Of a stretch of DNA of 64,000 bases, positions 22,657-31,727 are shown in pieces. The position numbers and the translations under genes are program-made. How positions within the stretch are numbered: position 1 is the first letter of the stretch; each line of letters starts with the position of its first letter. The notes beneath the pieces are model-generated. The model made no database searches. It was not told the DNA's origin and was given only the letters and a program-made list of their open reading frames with translations. The stretch lies in assembly GCF_988242995.1 (NCBI RefSeq), contig NZ_OZ547043.1. One strand, given 5' to 3'.

Positions 22657-23565
22657 ATGAAAACGGGATCTGAGTTTCATGTCGGTATCGTTGGCTTAGG
22701 GTCAATGGGAATGGGAGCAGCACTGTCATGTGTCCGCGCAGGTCTTTCTACCTGGGGCGCAGACCTGAACAGCAATGCCTGCGCTACGTTGAAAGAGGCA
22801 GGTGCTTGCGGGGTTTCTGATAACGCCGCGACGTTTGCCGAAAAACTGGACGCTCTGCTGGTGCTGGTGGTCAATGCGGCCCAGGTTAAACAGGTGCTGT
22901 TTGGTGAAACAGGCGTTGCACAACATCTGAAACCCGGTACGGCAGTAATGGTTTCTTCCACTATCGCTAGTGCTGATGCGCAAGAAATTGCTACCGCTCT
23001 GGCTGGATTCGATCTGGAAATGCTGGATGCGCCAGTTTCTGGTGGTGCAGTAAAAGCCGCTAACGGTGAAATGACTGTCATGGCCTCCGGTAGCAATATT
23101 GCCTTTGAACGACTGGCACCCGTGCTGGAAGCCGTTGCCGGAAAAGTTTATCGCATAGGTGCAGAACCGGGACTAGGTTCGACCGTAAAAATTATTCACC
23201 AGTTGTTAGCGGGCGTACATATTGCTGCCGGAGCCGAAGCGATGGCACTTGCAGCCCGTGCGGGGATCCCGCTGGATGTGATGTATGACGTCGTGACCAA
23301 TGCCGCCGGAAATTCCTGGATGTTCGAAAACCGGATGCGTCATGTGGTGGATGGCGATTACACCCCGCATTCAGCCGTCGATATTTTTGTTAAGGATCTT
23401 GGTCTGGTTGCCGATACAGCCAAAGCCCTGCACTTCCCGCTGCCATTGGCCTCAACAGCATTGAATATGTTCACCAGCGCCAGTAACGCGGGTTACGGGA
23501 AAGAAGACGATAGCGCAGTTATCAAGATTTTCTCTGGCATCACTCTACCGGGAGCGAAATCATGA
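22657..23565 (+). CDS. ygbJ: NAD-dependent L-threonate dehydrogenase (3-hydroxyisobutyrate dehydrogenase family)
   Basis: 302-aa ORF; N-terminal Rossmann GxGxxG (IVGLGSMG). Confidence 0.88.
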   Translation: MKTGSEFHVGIVGLGSMGMGAALSCVRAGLSTWGADLNSNACATLKEAGACGVSDNAATFAEKLDALLVLVVNAAQVKQVLFGETGVAQHLKPGTAVMVSSTIASADAQEIATALAGFDLEMLDAPVSGGAVKAANGEMTVMASGSNIAFERLAPVLEAVAGKVYRIGAEPGLGSTVKIIHQLLAGVHIAAGAEAMALAARAGIPLDVMYDVVTNAAGNSWMFENRMRHVVDGDYTPHSAVDIFVKDLGLVADTAKALHFPLPLASTALNMFTSASNAGYGKEDDSAVIKIFSGITLPGAKS

Positions 23566-24824
23566 TCAAGATTGGCGTTATCGCCGATGATTTTACCGGC
23601 GCGACGGATATCGCCAGTTTTCTGGTGGAAAACGGTCTACCAACGGTACAAATTAACGGTGTTCCAACAGGTAAAATGCCGGAAGCAATCGACGCACTGG
23701 TGATCAGCCTGAAAACGCGTTCCTGTCCGGTTGTTGAAGCCACACAGCAATCGCTGGCGGCTCTGAGCTGGTTGCAACAGCAAGGTTGCAAACAGATCTA
23801 TTTCAAATACTGCTCTACTTTCGACAGTACGGCGAAAGGTAATATCGGCCCGGTTACCGATGCATTAATGGATGCTCTCGACACGCCGTTTACGGTCTTC
23901 TCTCCGGCCCTGCCGGTCAACGGACGTACGGTTTATCAGGGGTATTTGTTCGTAATGAATCAACTGCTGGCCGAATCTGGGATGCGCCATCACCCGGTAA
24001 ATCCCATGACCGACAGCTATCTTCCCCGTCTGGTTGAAGCGCAATCCACAGGGCGCTGCGGCGTCGTTTCGGCACATGTTTTCGAACAAGGTGTGGATGC
24101 CGTTCGTCAAGAGCTGGCTCGCTTACAGCAAGAGGGCTACCGCTACGCGGTGCTTGATGCGCTGACCGAACACCATCTGGAAATTCAGGGAGAAGCCTTG
24201 CGCGATGCCCCACTGGTAACGGGCGGTTCTGGTCTGGCGATTGGCCTTGCCCGGCAGTGGGCGCAAGAAAACGGTAACCAGGCTCGCAAAGCAGGGCATC
24301 CGCTCGCTGGGCGCGGCGTAGTGCTCTCCGGTTCATGCTCTCAAATGACCAACCGCCAGGTAGCACATTACCGTCAAATTGCACCAGCCCGTGAAGTTGA
24401 TGTGGCACGCTGCCTCTCAATTGAAACTCTGGCCGCTTATGCACACGAACTGGCAGAGTGGGTTCTGGGCCAGGAAAGTGTACTTGCTCCACTGGTTTTT
24501 GCCACCGCCAGCACTGACGCATTGGCAGCAATTCAACAGCAATACGGTGCACAAAAAGCCAGTCAGGCAGTAGAAACACTGTTTTCTCAACTAGCGGCGC
24601 GGTTAGCAGCGGAAGGCGTGACACGCTTTATTGTCGCAGGCGGTGAGACCTCCGGCGTAGTCACACAGAGCCTGGGAATAAAAGGGTTTCATATTGGCCC
24701 AACCATTTCTCCCGGCGTGCCGTGGGTAAACGCACTGGATAAACCTGTCTCACTCGCCCTTAAATCTGGCAACTTCGGTGATGAAGCCTTTTTTTCACGA
24801 GCCCAAAGAGAGTTTTTATCATGA
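23562..24824 (+). CDS. ygbK: 3-oxo-tetronate kinase (four-carbon acid sugar kinase family)
   Basis: 420-aa ORF overlapping ygbJ stop by 4 bp; synteny. Confidence 0.85.
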   Translation: MIKIGVIADDFTGATDIASFLVENGLPTVQINGVPTGKMPEAIDALVISLKTRSCPVVEATQQSLAALSWLQQQGCKQIYFKYCSTFDSTAKGNIGPVTDALMDALDTPFTVFSPALPVNGRTVYQGYLFVMNQLLAESGMRHHPVNPMTDSYLPRLVEAQSTGRCGVVSAHVFEQGVDAVRQELARLQQEGYRYAVLDALTEHHLEIQGEALRDAPLVTGGSGLAIGLARQWAQENGNQARKAGHPLAGRGVVLSGSCSQMTNRQVAHYRQIAPAREVDVARCLSIETLAAYAHELAEWVLGQESVLAPLVFATASTDALAAIQQQYGAQKASQAVETLFSQLAARLAAEGVTRFIVAGGETSGVVTQSLGIKGFHIGPTISPGVPWVNALDKPVSLALKSGNFGDEAFFSRAQREFLS

Positions 24825-25459
24825 GCGATTTCGCAAAAGTAGAGCCGTCTTTGCGAGAGGAGATGACGCGGATTGCCAGTTCATTCTTTCAGCGCGGCTA
24901 TGCAACCGGTTCGGCTGGCAATCTGTCGCTGCTTTTACCTGACGGGAATTTACTGGCGACACCGACAGGTTCATGCCTGGGCAATCTCGATCCGCAGCGG
25001 CTTTCCAAAGTCGCCGCGGATGGCGAATGGTTAAGTGGTGACAAACCCTCGAAAGAGGTGCTCTTTCATCTGGCGCTGTATCGCAACAATCCGCGCTGTA
25101 AAGCGGTGGTGCATTTGCACAGCACATGGTCGACGGCGCTTTCCTGCCTGCAAGGGCTGGACAGCAGCAACGTTATTCGTCCGTTCACACCATACGTGGT
25201 GATGCGGATGGGAAATATCCCGCTGGTGCCTTATTACCGACCGGGCGATAAACGCATCGCACAGGATCTGGCGGAACTGGCAGCAGACAATCAGGCTTTT
25301 TTACTGGCAAATCATGGCCCAGTGGTTTGCGGTGAAAGCCTGCAAGAAGCCGCCAACAATATGGAAGAGCTGGAGGAAACGGCAAAGCTGATTTTTATTC
25401 TCGGTGATCGCCCGATCCGTTATCTGACCGCAGGTGAAATTGCGGAATTAAGGAGTTAA
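24821..25459 (+). CDS. ygbL: 3-oxo-tetronate 4-phosphate decarboxylase (class II aldolase/adducin family)
   Basis: 212-aa ORF; synteny. Confidence 0.85.
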   Translation: MSDFAKVEPSLREEMTRIASSFFQRGYATGSAGNLSLLLPDGNLLATPTGSCLGNLDPQRLSKVAADGEWLSGDKPSKEVLFHLALYRNNPRCKAVVHLHSTWSTALSCLQGLDSSNVIRPFTPYVVMRMGNIPLVPYYRPGDKRIAQDLAELAADNQAFLLANHGPVVCGESLQEAANNMEELEETAKLIFILGDRPIRYLTAGEIAELRS

Positions 25460-25463
25460 TGCA

Positions 25464-26240
25464 ATGCCTCGTTTTGCAGCTAATTTATCCATGATGTTCA
25501 CCGAAGTGCCTTTTATTGAACGCTTCGCCGCAGCGCGAAAAGCCGGGTTCGATGCTGTGGAATTTCTGTTTCCCTATGACTACTCCACCCTGCAAATCCA
25601 AAAGCAACTGGAGCAAAACCATCTGACACTGGCGCTGTTCAATACCGCTCCCGGAGATATTAATGCGGGGGAATGGGGATTATCCGCCCTTCCCGGACGT
25701 GAGCACGAAGCACACGCAGACATCGACCTGGCACTGGAATATGCATTGGCGCTCAATTGTGAACAAGTCCATGTGATGGCAGGCGTCGTGCCCGCTGGCG
25801 AAGATGCTGAACGGTACAGGGCAGTATTTATCGATAATCTCCGCTACGCTGCCGACCGCTTTGCGCCACACGGCAAGCGAATATTAGTTGAAGCACTCAG
25901 CCCCGGCGTTAAGCCTCATTATCTCTTCTCCAGCCAGTATCAGGCACTGGCTATTGTTGAAGAAGTTGCGCGAGATAACGTGTTTATTCAACTAGATACT
26001 TTTCATGCGCAAAAAGTAGATGGCAACCTGACGCATTTAATCCGCGACTACGCCGGGAAATATGCGCACGTACAAATTGCCGGACTACCTGATCGACATG
26101 AACCGGACGATGGAGAAATCAACTATCCGTGGCTGTTCCGTCTGTTCGATGAGGTGGGATATCAGGGCTGGATCGGTTGTGAATATAAACCTCGTGGCCT
26201 CACCGAAGAAGGGCTTGGCTGGTTTGACGCCTGGCGCTAA
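25464..26240 (+). CDS. ygbM: 2-oxo-tetronate isomerase (hydroxypyruvate isomerase-like TIM barrel)
   Basis: 258-aa ORF; synteny. Confidence 0.85.
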   Translation: MPRFAANLSMMFTEVPFIERFAAARKAGFDAVEFLFPYDYSTLQIQKQLEQNHLTLALFNTAPGDINAGEWGLSALPGREHEAHADIDLALEYALALNCEQVHVMAGVVPAGEDAERYRAVFIDNLRYAADRFAPHGKRILVEALSPGVKPHYLFSSQYQALAIVEEVARDNVFIQLDTFHAQKVDGNLTHLIRDYAGKYAHVQIAGLPDRHEPDDGEINYPWLFRLFDEVGYQGWIGCEYKPRGLTEEGLGWFDAWR

Positions 26241-26328
26241 TTCGTTAAATCCCTAATTACAACGTACCCATACATCCCCCCATCTACGGATGGGGTAGGT
26301 TAACTATAACTTTCAGACAGGGTTTCCC

Positions 26329-27693
26329 ATGTCCACAATTACATTGTTATGCATTGCGTTAACTGGCGTAATCATGCTGTTGCTGCTGGTCATCAAGGCA
26401 AAGGTACAACCATTCGTTGCTCTGCTCCTCGTCAGCCTGTTAGTCGCACTTGCGGCGGGTATACCGGCGGGCGAAGTGGGTAAAGTGATGATCGCCGGGA
26501 TGGGCGGTGTGCTTGGTTCCGTCACTATTATTATTGGTCTGGGCGCTATGCTGGGGCGTATGATCGAACACTCTGGTGGTGCAGAGTCACTGGCTAATTA
26601 TTTCAGTCGCAAGTTAGGTGACAAACGAACTATCGCTGCGCTGACTCTGGCAGCGTTCTTCCTCGGTATTCCCGTCTTCTTTGATGTCGGCTTTATTATT
26701 CTTGCGCCAATCATTTACGGTTTTGCCAAGGTTGCCAAAATATCGCCACTCAAATTTGGCCTGCCTGTCGCTGGAATCATGCTAACTGTTCATGTGGCGG
26801 TACCGCCGCATCCAGGCCCTGTCGCCGCAGCGGGGTTACTCCACGCAGACATCGGCTGGCTAACCATCATCGGTATTGCGATTTCTATTCCCGTAGGGAT
26901 TGTTGGCTACTTTGCAGCGAAAATAATCAATAAGCGCCAATATGCGATGTCGGTGGAAGTACTGGAACAGATGCAACTGGCTCCGGCCAGTGAGGAAGGC
27001 GCGACAAAATTAAGCGATAAAATAAATCCACCGGGCGTCGCGCTGGTCACCTCGCTAATTGTTATTCCTATCGCGATTATCATGGCGGGTACGGTTTCCG
27101 CAACACTGATGCCGCCTTCGCATCCCCTGCTTGGTACGCTACAGCTGATCGGCTCACCAATGGTAGCTCTAATGATTGCGCTGGTACTGGCATTCTGGTT
27201 ATTGGCTTTACGTCGCGGCTGGAGCTTACAACACACCAGCGACATTATGGGCTCAGCCCTTCCCACTGCGGCGGTAGTGATTTTGGTTACTGGTGCTGGA
27301 GGGGTATTTGGCAAAGTGCTGGTGGAATCGGGCGTCGGCAAAGCCCTTGCCAACATGCTACAAATGATTGACCTGCCTCTGTTACCAGCCGCATTTATTA
27401 TTTCACTGGCGCTGCGTGCATCGCAGGGGTCAGCAACCGTAGCAATCCTGACAACCGGCGGGTTACTCTCAGAAGCGGTGATGGGATTGAATCCGATTCA
27501 GTGCGTATTGGTGACGCTGGCAGCCTGCTTTGGTGGGCTTGGCGCGTCACATATTAATGACTCAGGGTTCTGGATTGTGACCAAATATCTGGGGTTGTCG
27601 GTAGCAGACGGTCTGAAAACCTGGACAGTGTTAACGACCATTCTCGGTTTTACCGGATTCTTAATTACCTGGTGCGTATGGGCGGTAATTTGA
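26329..27693 (+). CDS. ygbN: GntP-family permease
   Basis: 454-aa polytopic membrane ORF; synteny. Confidence 0.87.
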   Translation: MSTITLLCIALTGVIMLLLLVIKAKVQPFVALLLVSLLVALAAGIPAGEVGKVMIAGMGGVLGSVTIIIGLGAMLGRMIEHSGGAESLANYFSRKLGDKRTIAALTLAAFFLGIPVFFDVGFIILAPIIYGFAKVAKISPLKFGLPVAGIMLTVHVAVPPHPGPVAAAGLLHADIGWLTIIGIAISIPVGIVGYFAAKIINKRQYAMSVEVLEQMQLAPASEEGATKLSDKINPPGVALVTSLIVIPIAIIMAGTVSATLMPPSHPLLGTLQLIGSPMVALMIALVLAFWLLALRRGWSLQHTSDIMGSALPTAAVVILVTGAGGVFGKVLVESGVGKALANMLQMIDLPLLPAAFIISLALRASQGSATVAILTTGGLLSEAVMGLNPIQCVLVTLAACFGGLGASHINDSGFWIVTKYLGLSVADGLKTWTVLTTILGFTGFLITWCVWAVI

Positions 27694-27700
27694 CCTTAAT

Positions 27701-27733
27701 AAAAAGGTCCGATGGGCATCGGACCTTTTATTT
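27701..27733. terminator. Bidirectional rho-independent terminator between ygbN and the convergent decarboxylase operon
   Basis: AAAAAGGTCCGATG-GG-CATCGGACCTTTTATTT: 10-bp perfect stem flanked by A-run and T-run. Confidence 0.7.
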
Positions 27734-27968
27734 AGCGCTTACCTTCCGCCAGCAGCGGCGGGATGCTCGGCACCATCGGCGCGTCATCAATATCTTTCTG
27801 CGTCATGCGGAACGCTTCGGGATAATGTTCGCGGCTAGTGCGGCGTAGCGGTTCGGTATCGCGCCAGGTATAAAGGCAATGCTGGCACTGGTAGACCGTC
27901 CAGACATCTTTCACCGGCGATTTCGCCATCACTTCAATCTGTTCATCGGCACAACGTGGACAAATCAT
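27732..27968 (-). CDS. ecdD: Small subunit of UbiD-type aromatic acid decarboxylase (BsdD/EcdD-like)
   Basis: 78-aa ORF with CPRC...CQHC zinc-ribbon-like motif; downstream of UbiD homolog. Confidence 0.7.
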   Translation of the reverse strand: MICPRCADEQIEVMAKSPVKDVWTVYQCQHCLYTWRDTEPLRRTSREHYPEAFRMTQKDIDDAPMVPSIPPLLAEGKR

Positions 27969-27978
27969 CTTGTTCTCC

Positions 27979-29406
27979 TTATTTACGTGCGGCCAGCATA
28001 GCAGTCAGTTTTTCAGCCCAGGCTTTGGTTTCCGGTAAATCCACCACCGGCTGGCTGTAGTGACCACGGTTGTCCGGGGCGACAGGCGTGGTGGCGTCGA
28101 TAATCAGCTTGTCGGTGATCCCCGCCGGGCTTGAGCCAGGGTCGAGTTCCAGCACGGACATATTTGGCAACTGCACCAGGTCGCCTGCCGGGTTCACTTT
28201 CGAGGAGAGCGCCCACATCACCTGCGGCAGGTTGAACGGATCAACGTCTTCATCGACCATAATCACCATCTTCACGTAGCCCAGACCGTGCGGCGTGGTC
28301 ATTGCACGCAGGCCCACCGCGCGGGCAAAGCCGCCGTAGCGTTTTTTGGTGGAGATAATCGCCAACAGGCCGTGGGTGTACATGGCGTTTACCGCCTGCA
28401 CTTCCGGGAACTCGGCTTTCAGTTGCTGATACAGCGGCACGCAGGTGGCAGGCCCCATCAGGTAGTCGATTTCGGTCCACGGCATACCAAGATAGAGCGA
28501 TTCGAAAATCGGTTTGGTACGGTAAGAGACTTTATCGATACGCACCACGGTCATGTTACGCCCGCCGGAGTAGTGACCGGTAAACTCACCGAACGGCCCT
28601 TCAATCTCACGTTTACGACTTTCGATAACCCCTTCGAGGATCACTTCCGAGCCCCACGGCACATCAAAACCGGTCAGCGGGGCGGTGGCGATCGGGTACG
28701 GGCTTTCGCGCAGCGCGCCCGCCATTTCGTACTCAGACTGATCGTATTTCAGCGGCGTGGCGCCCATCAGGATGATGATCGGATCGTTACCTAGGGTGAT
28801 GGCAATCGGCAGATCTTCACCGCGTTCTTCCGCTTTATGCAGATGCAGAGCGATATCGTGCATCGGCACCGGTTGCAGGCCGAGCTTACGTTTGCCCTTC
28901 ACTTCCATACGATAGATACCGACGTTCTGCTTGCCGAAGTTATCCGGGTCGAGCGGATCGCGGGAAACCACGCACGCTTTGTCGAGATAGAAACCGCCAT
29001 CGCCATCGTTTAAACGAAACAGCGGCAGGATATCGAACAGGTTGATCTCGTCGCCATCGACGGTGTTCTGCGCCCAGGCTGGATTGGCGCGGCGCTCCGG
29101 GGCAATCGGGAAGTTATCCCAGCGGCGGATAAACTCATCAATCTGCTTTTTGACCGGGGTGTTTGGCGGCAGGCCGAGGGAAATCGCGTGGTTCTGCCAG
29201 GAACCGATGGCATTCATCGCCACACGGGCATCGGTAAAGCCGCGAATATTGTCAAACCACAGCGCGGGCGCGCCGTCGCCGATACGCCCGGTGGCGTTAG
29301 CTGCTGCTGCCAGATCCGGTTCCGCGTTCACCTCTTCGCTGATTTTCAGTAACTGGCCGTGGTCATCAAGCGCCTGTAAAAAGCTGCGTAAATCATCAAA
29401 TGCCAT
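27979..29406 (-). CDS. ecdC: UbiD-family (prFMN-dependent) aromatic acid decarboxylase
   Basis: 475-aa ORF with UbiD-like length and translation; operon context with UbiX homolog. Confidence 0.8.
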   Translation of the reverse strand: MAFDDLRSFLQALDDHGQLLKISEEVNAEPDLAAAANATGRIGDGAPALWFDNIRGFTDARVAMNAIGSWQNHAISLGLPPNTPVKKQIDEFIRRWDNFPIAPERRANPAWAQNTVDGDEINLFDILPLFRLNDGDGGFYLDKACVVSRDPLDPDNFGKQNVGIYRMEVKGKRKLGLQPVPMHDIALHLHKAEERGEDLPIAITLGNDPIIILMGATPLKYDQSEYEMAGALRESPYPIATAPLTGFDVPWGSEVILEGVIESRKREIEGPFGEFTGHYSGGRNMTVVRIDKVSYRTKPIFESLYLGMPWTEIDYLMGPATCVPLYQQLKAEFPEVQAVNAMYTHGLLAIISTKKRYGGFARAVGLRAMTTPHGLGYVKMVIMVDEDVDPFNLPQVMWALSSKVNPAGDLVQLPNMSVLELDPGSSPAGITDKLIIDATTPVAPDNRGHYSQPVVDLPETKAWAEKLTAMLAARK

Positions 29407-29999
29407 TATTCATTCTCCTGAGAAAAATTCCGGACCTGCGGCAATCCTTGCCAGCGCCTGGCGTGGGGATGTTCGAGGCCAAATTGATCCAGCACGCGGG
29501 CTACCACGTGGTGGACAATGTCATCTACCGTTTCGGGATGGTTATAAAAGGCAGGCATCGGCGGCACCATCGCCACGCCCATGCGTGAAAGTGCGAGCAT
29601 ATTTTCGAGATGGATGGTGCTAAGCGGCATTTCACGCGGCACCAGCACTAGTTTGCGGCCTTCTTTGAGCACGACGTCCGCCGCGCGCCCTACCAGGCCA
29701 TCGGCGTAACCGACACGGATACCGGCGAGCGTTTTCATACTGCACGGAATAACGATCATGCCGTCGGTACGAAAGGAACCTGAGGAGATGGTCGCCGCCT
29801 GATCCGCCGGGTTATGACTGAAGTCTGCGAGGGCAGCAACATCGCGAGCGCTGTAAGGCGTTTCCAGTTCAATGGTGGTTTTCGCCCACTTCGACATCAC
29901 CAGATGAGTCTCGACATTCGGCATCTCCCGCAGCGCTTGCAGTAATGCCACCCCAAGAGGCGCACCGGTAGCCCCTGTCATCCCGACGATCAGTCTCAT
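29406..29999 (-). CDS. ecdB: UbiX/Pad1-family flavin prenyltransferase
   Basis: 197-aa ORF MRLIVGMTGATGAPLGVALLQAL... typical of UbiX/Pad1. Confidence 0.82.
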   Translation of the reverse strand: MRLIVGMTGATGAPLGVALLQALREMPNVETHLVMSKWAKTTIELETPYSARDVAALADFSHNPADQAATISSGSFRTDGMIVIPCSMKTLAGIRVGYADGLVGRAADVVLKEGRKLVLVPREMPLSTIHLENMLALSRMGVAMVPPMPAFYNHPETVDDIVHHVVARVLDQFGLEHPHARRWQGLPQVRNFSQENE

Positions 30000-30016
30000 T
30001 GTTTATTCTCTTAATT

Positions 30017-30030
30017 GTTCGTATACGAAC
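30017..30030. promoter_or_regulatory. Perfect 14-bp palindrome GTTCGTATACGAAC in divergent promoter region; candidate MarR-family operator
   Basis: Read directly; lies between ecdB start (29999) and the MarR-like gene start. Confidence 0.4.
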
Positions 30031-30107
30031 GTTATTATTAAAATACGCCTCTGTTTTCATCGCGGCAAGCACTGAAAAGTAACAACATCTTCTTCGTCAC
30101 TGAAAAA

Positions 30108-30122
30108 CCGCTATGATAGCGG
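30108..30122. promoter_or_regulatory. Inverted repeat CCGCTAT-G-ATAGCGG; second candidate operator
   Basis: 7-bp perfect arms around one central base, about 25 bp upstream of the MarR-like start. Confidence 0.3.
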
Positions 30123-30145
30123 CAGATAGTTTGCCCGGAGTTTAC

Positions 30146-30553
30146 ATGGCGTTACGAAATAAAGCGTTCCATCAGTTACGACAGCTTTTTCAGCAGCACA
30201 CGGCTCGCTGGCAGCACGAGTTACCTGACCTCACCAAACCACAGTACGCGGTGATGCGCGCCATTGCTGATAAGCCTGGTATCGAACAGGTGGCACTGAT
30301 AGAAGCAGCAGTCAGCACCAAAGCAACGCTGGCAGAAATGTTGGCAAGAATGGAAAATCGTGGCTTAGTCAGACGTGAACATGACGCCGCTGACAAGCGG
30401 CGTCGCTTTGTCTGGCTGACTGCCGAAGGAGAAAAGGTACTTGCTGCGGCGATCCCCATTGGTGACAGTGTGGATGAGGAATTTTTGGGGCGTTTGAGTG
30501 CAGAAGAGAAGGAGCTGTTTATGCAGTTGGTGCGCAAGATGATGAGCAAATAG
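30146..30553 (+). CDS. MarR/SlyA-family transcriptional regulator
   Basis: ORF 30113..30553; start taken at ATG 30146 behind GGAG; winged-helix region; divergent from decarboxylase operon. Confidence 0.75.
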   Translation: MALRNKAFHQLRQLFQQHTARWQHELPDLTKPQYAVMRAIADKPGIEQVALIEAAVSTKATLAEMLARMENRGLVRREHDAADKRRRFVWLTAEGEKVLAAAIPIGDSVDEEFLGRLSAEEKELFMQLVRKMMSK

Positions 30554-30620
30554 GATGCTGATTGCCGGGTAGGACGCTGACGAGTCTTATCCAGGCGACA
30601 AAACACACCGACTTCCCAAA

Positions 30621-30657
30621 CAAAAGAAAAAGGCCAGCCTCGCTTGAGACTGGCCTT
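30621..30657 (-). terminator. rpoS rho-independent terminator
   Basis: Minus strand AAGGCCAG-loop-CTGGCCTT followed by TTTTTCTTTTGTTT, directly downstream of rpoS stop. Confidence 0.6.
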
Positions 30658-30673
30658 TCTGACAGATGCTTAC

Positions 30674-31665
30674 TTACTCGCGGAACAGCGCTTCGATATT
30701 CAGCCCCTGCGTTTGCAGGATTTCGCGCAAACGGCGCAGGCCTTCAACCTGAATCTGGCGAACACGTTCACGGGTGAGGCCAATTTCACGACCTACATCT
30801 TCCAGTGTTGCCGCTTCGTACCCCAGCAAACCGAATCGACGTGCCAGTACTTCACGCTGTTTGGCGTTCAGCTCGAACAGCCATTTGACGATGCTCTGCT
30901 TCATATCGTCATCTTGCGTGGTATCTTCCGGACCGTTCTCTTTTTCATCGGCCAGGATGTCCAGCAACGCTTTTTCGGAATCACCACCCAGCGGGGTGTC
31001 TACCGAGGTAATGCGCTCGTTAAGACGAAGCATACGGCTGACGTCATCAACTGGCTTATCCAGTTGCTCTGCGATCTCTTCCGCACTTGGTTCGTGGTCC
31101 AGTTTATGGGACAACTCGCGTGCGGTTCGCAGGTAAACGTTCAGCTCCTTTACGATGTGAATCGGCAAACGAATAGTACGGGTTTGGTTCATAATCGCCC
31201 GTTCGATCGTCTGGCGAATCCACCAGGTTGCGTATGTTGAGAAGCGGAAACCACGTTCCGGGTCAAACTTCTCTACCGCGCGGATCAGCCCCAGGTTGCC
31301 CTCTTCGATCAGGTCCAGCAACGCCAGACCACGATTGCCATAACGGCGGGCAATTTTTACCACCAGACGCAAGTTACTCTCGATCATCCGGCGGCGGGAG
31401 GCAACATCTCCACGCAGTGCGCGACGCGCAAAATAAACTTCTTCTTCGGCCGTTAACAGTGGTGAATAACAATCTCACCAAGGTAAAGCTGAGTCGCGTC
31501 CAACACACGCTGTGTGGCTCCCTGCGATAACAGTTCCTCTTCGGCCAAATCGTTATCACTGGGTTCCTCTTCTACTAAGGCCTTTTCGTCAAAAACCTCA
31601 ACTCCGTTCTCATCAAATTCCGCATCTTCATTTAAATCATGAACTTTCAGCGTATTCTGACTCAT
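30674..31665 (-). pseudogene. rpoS: RNA polymerase sigma factor RpoS (sigma-S), disrupted by a -1 frameshift
   Basis: N-terminal [17 protein letters not shown]...LYLGEI reads in ORF 31453..31701 and stops after IVIHHC; the rest ([10 protein letters not shown]...ALFRE) is ORF 30674..31387 in another frame; span is 992 nt, not a multiple of 3. Confidence 0.8.
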
Positions 31666-31727
31666 AAGGTGGCTCCTACCCGTGATCCCTTGACGGAACA
31701 TTCAAGCAAAAGCCTGGTTCCGCCGAT

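Noticed and set aside
23917-24624. 235-aa minus-strand ORF
   Set aside because: Antisense to ygbK
30644-31240. 198-aa plus-strand ORF
   Set aside because: Antisense to rpoS
31453-31701. 82-aa minus-strand ORF taken as an independent small gene
   Set aside because: It is the N-terminal fragment of rpoS created by the frameshift, not a separate gene
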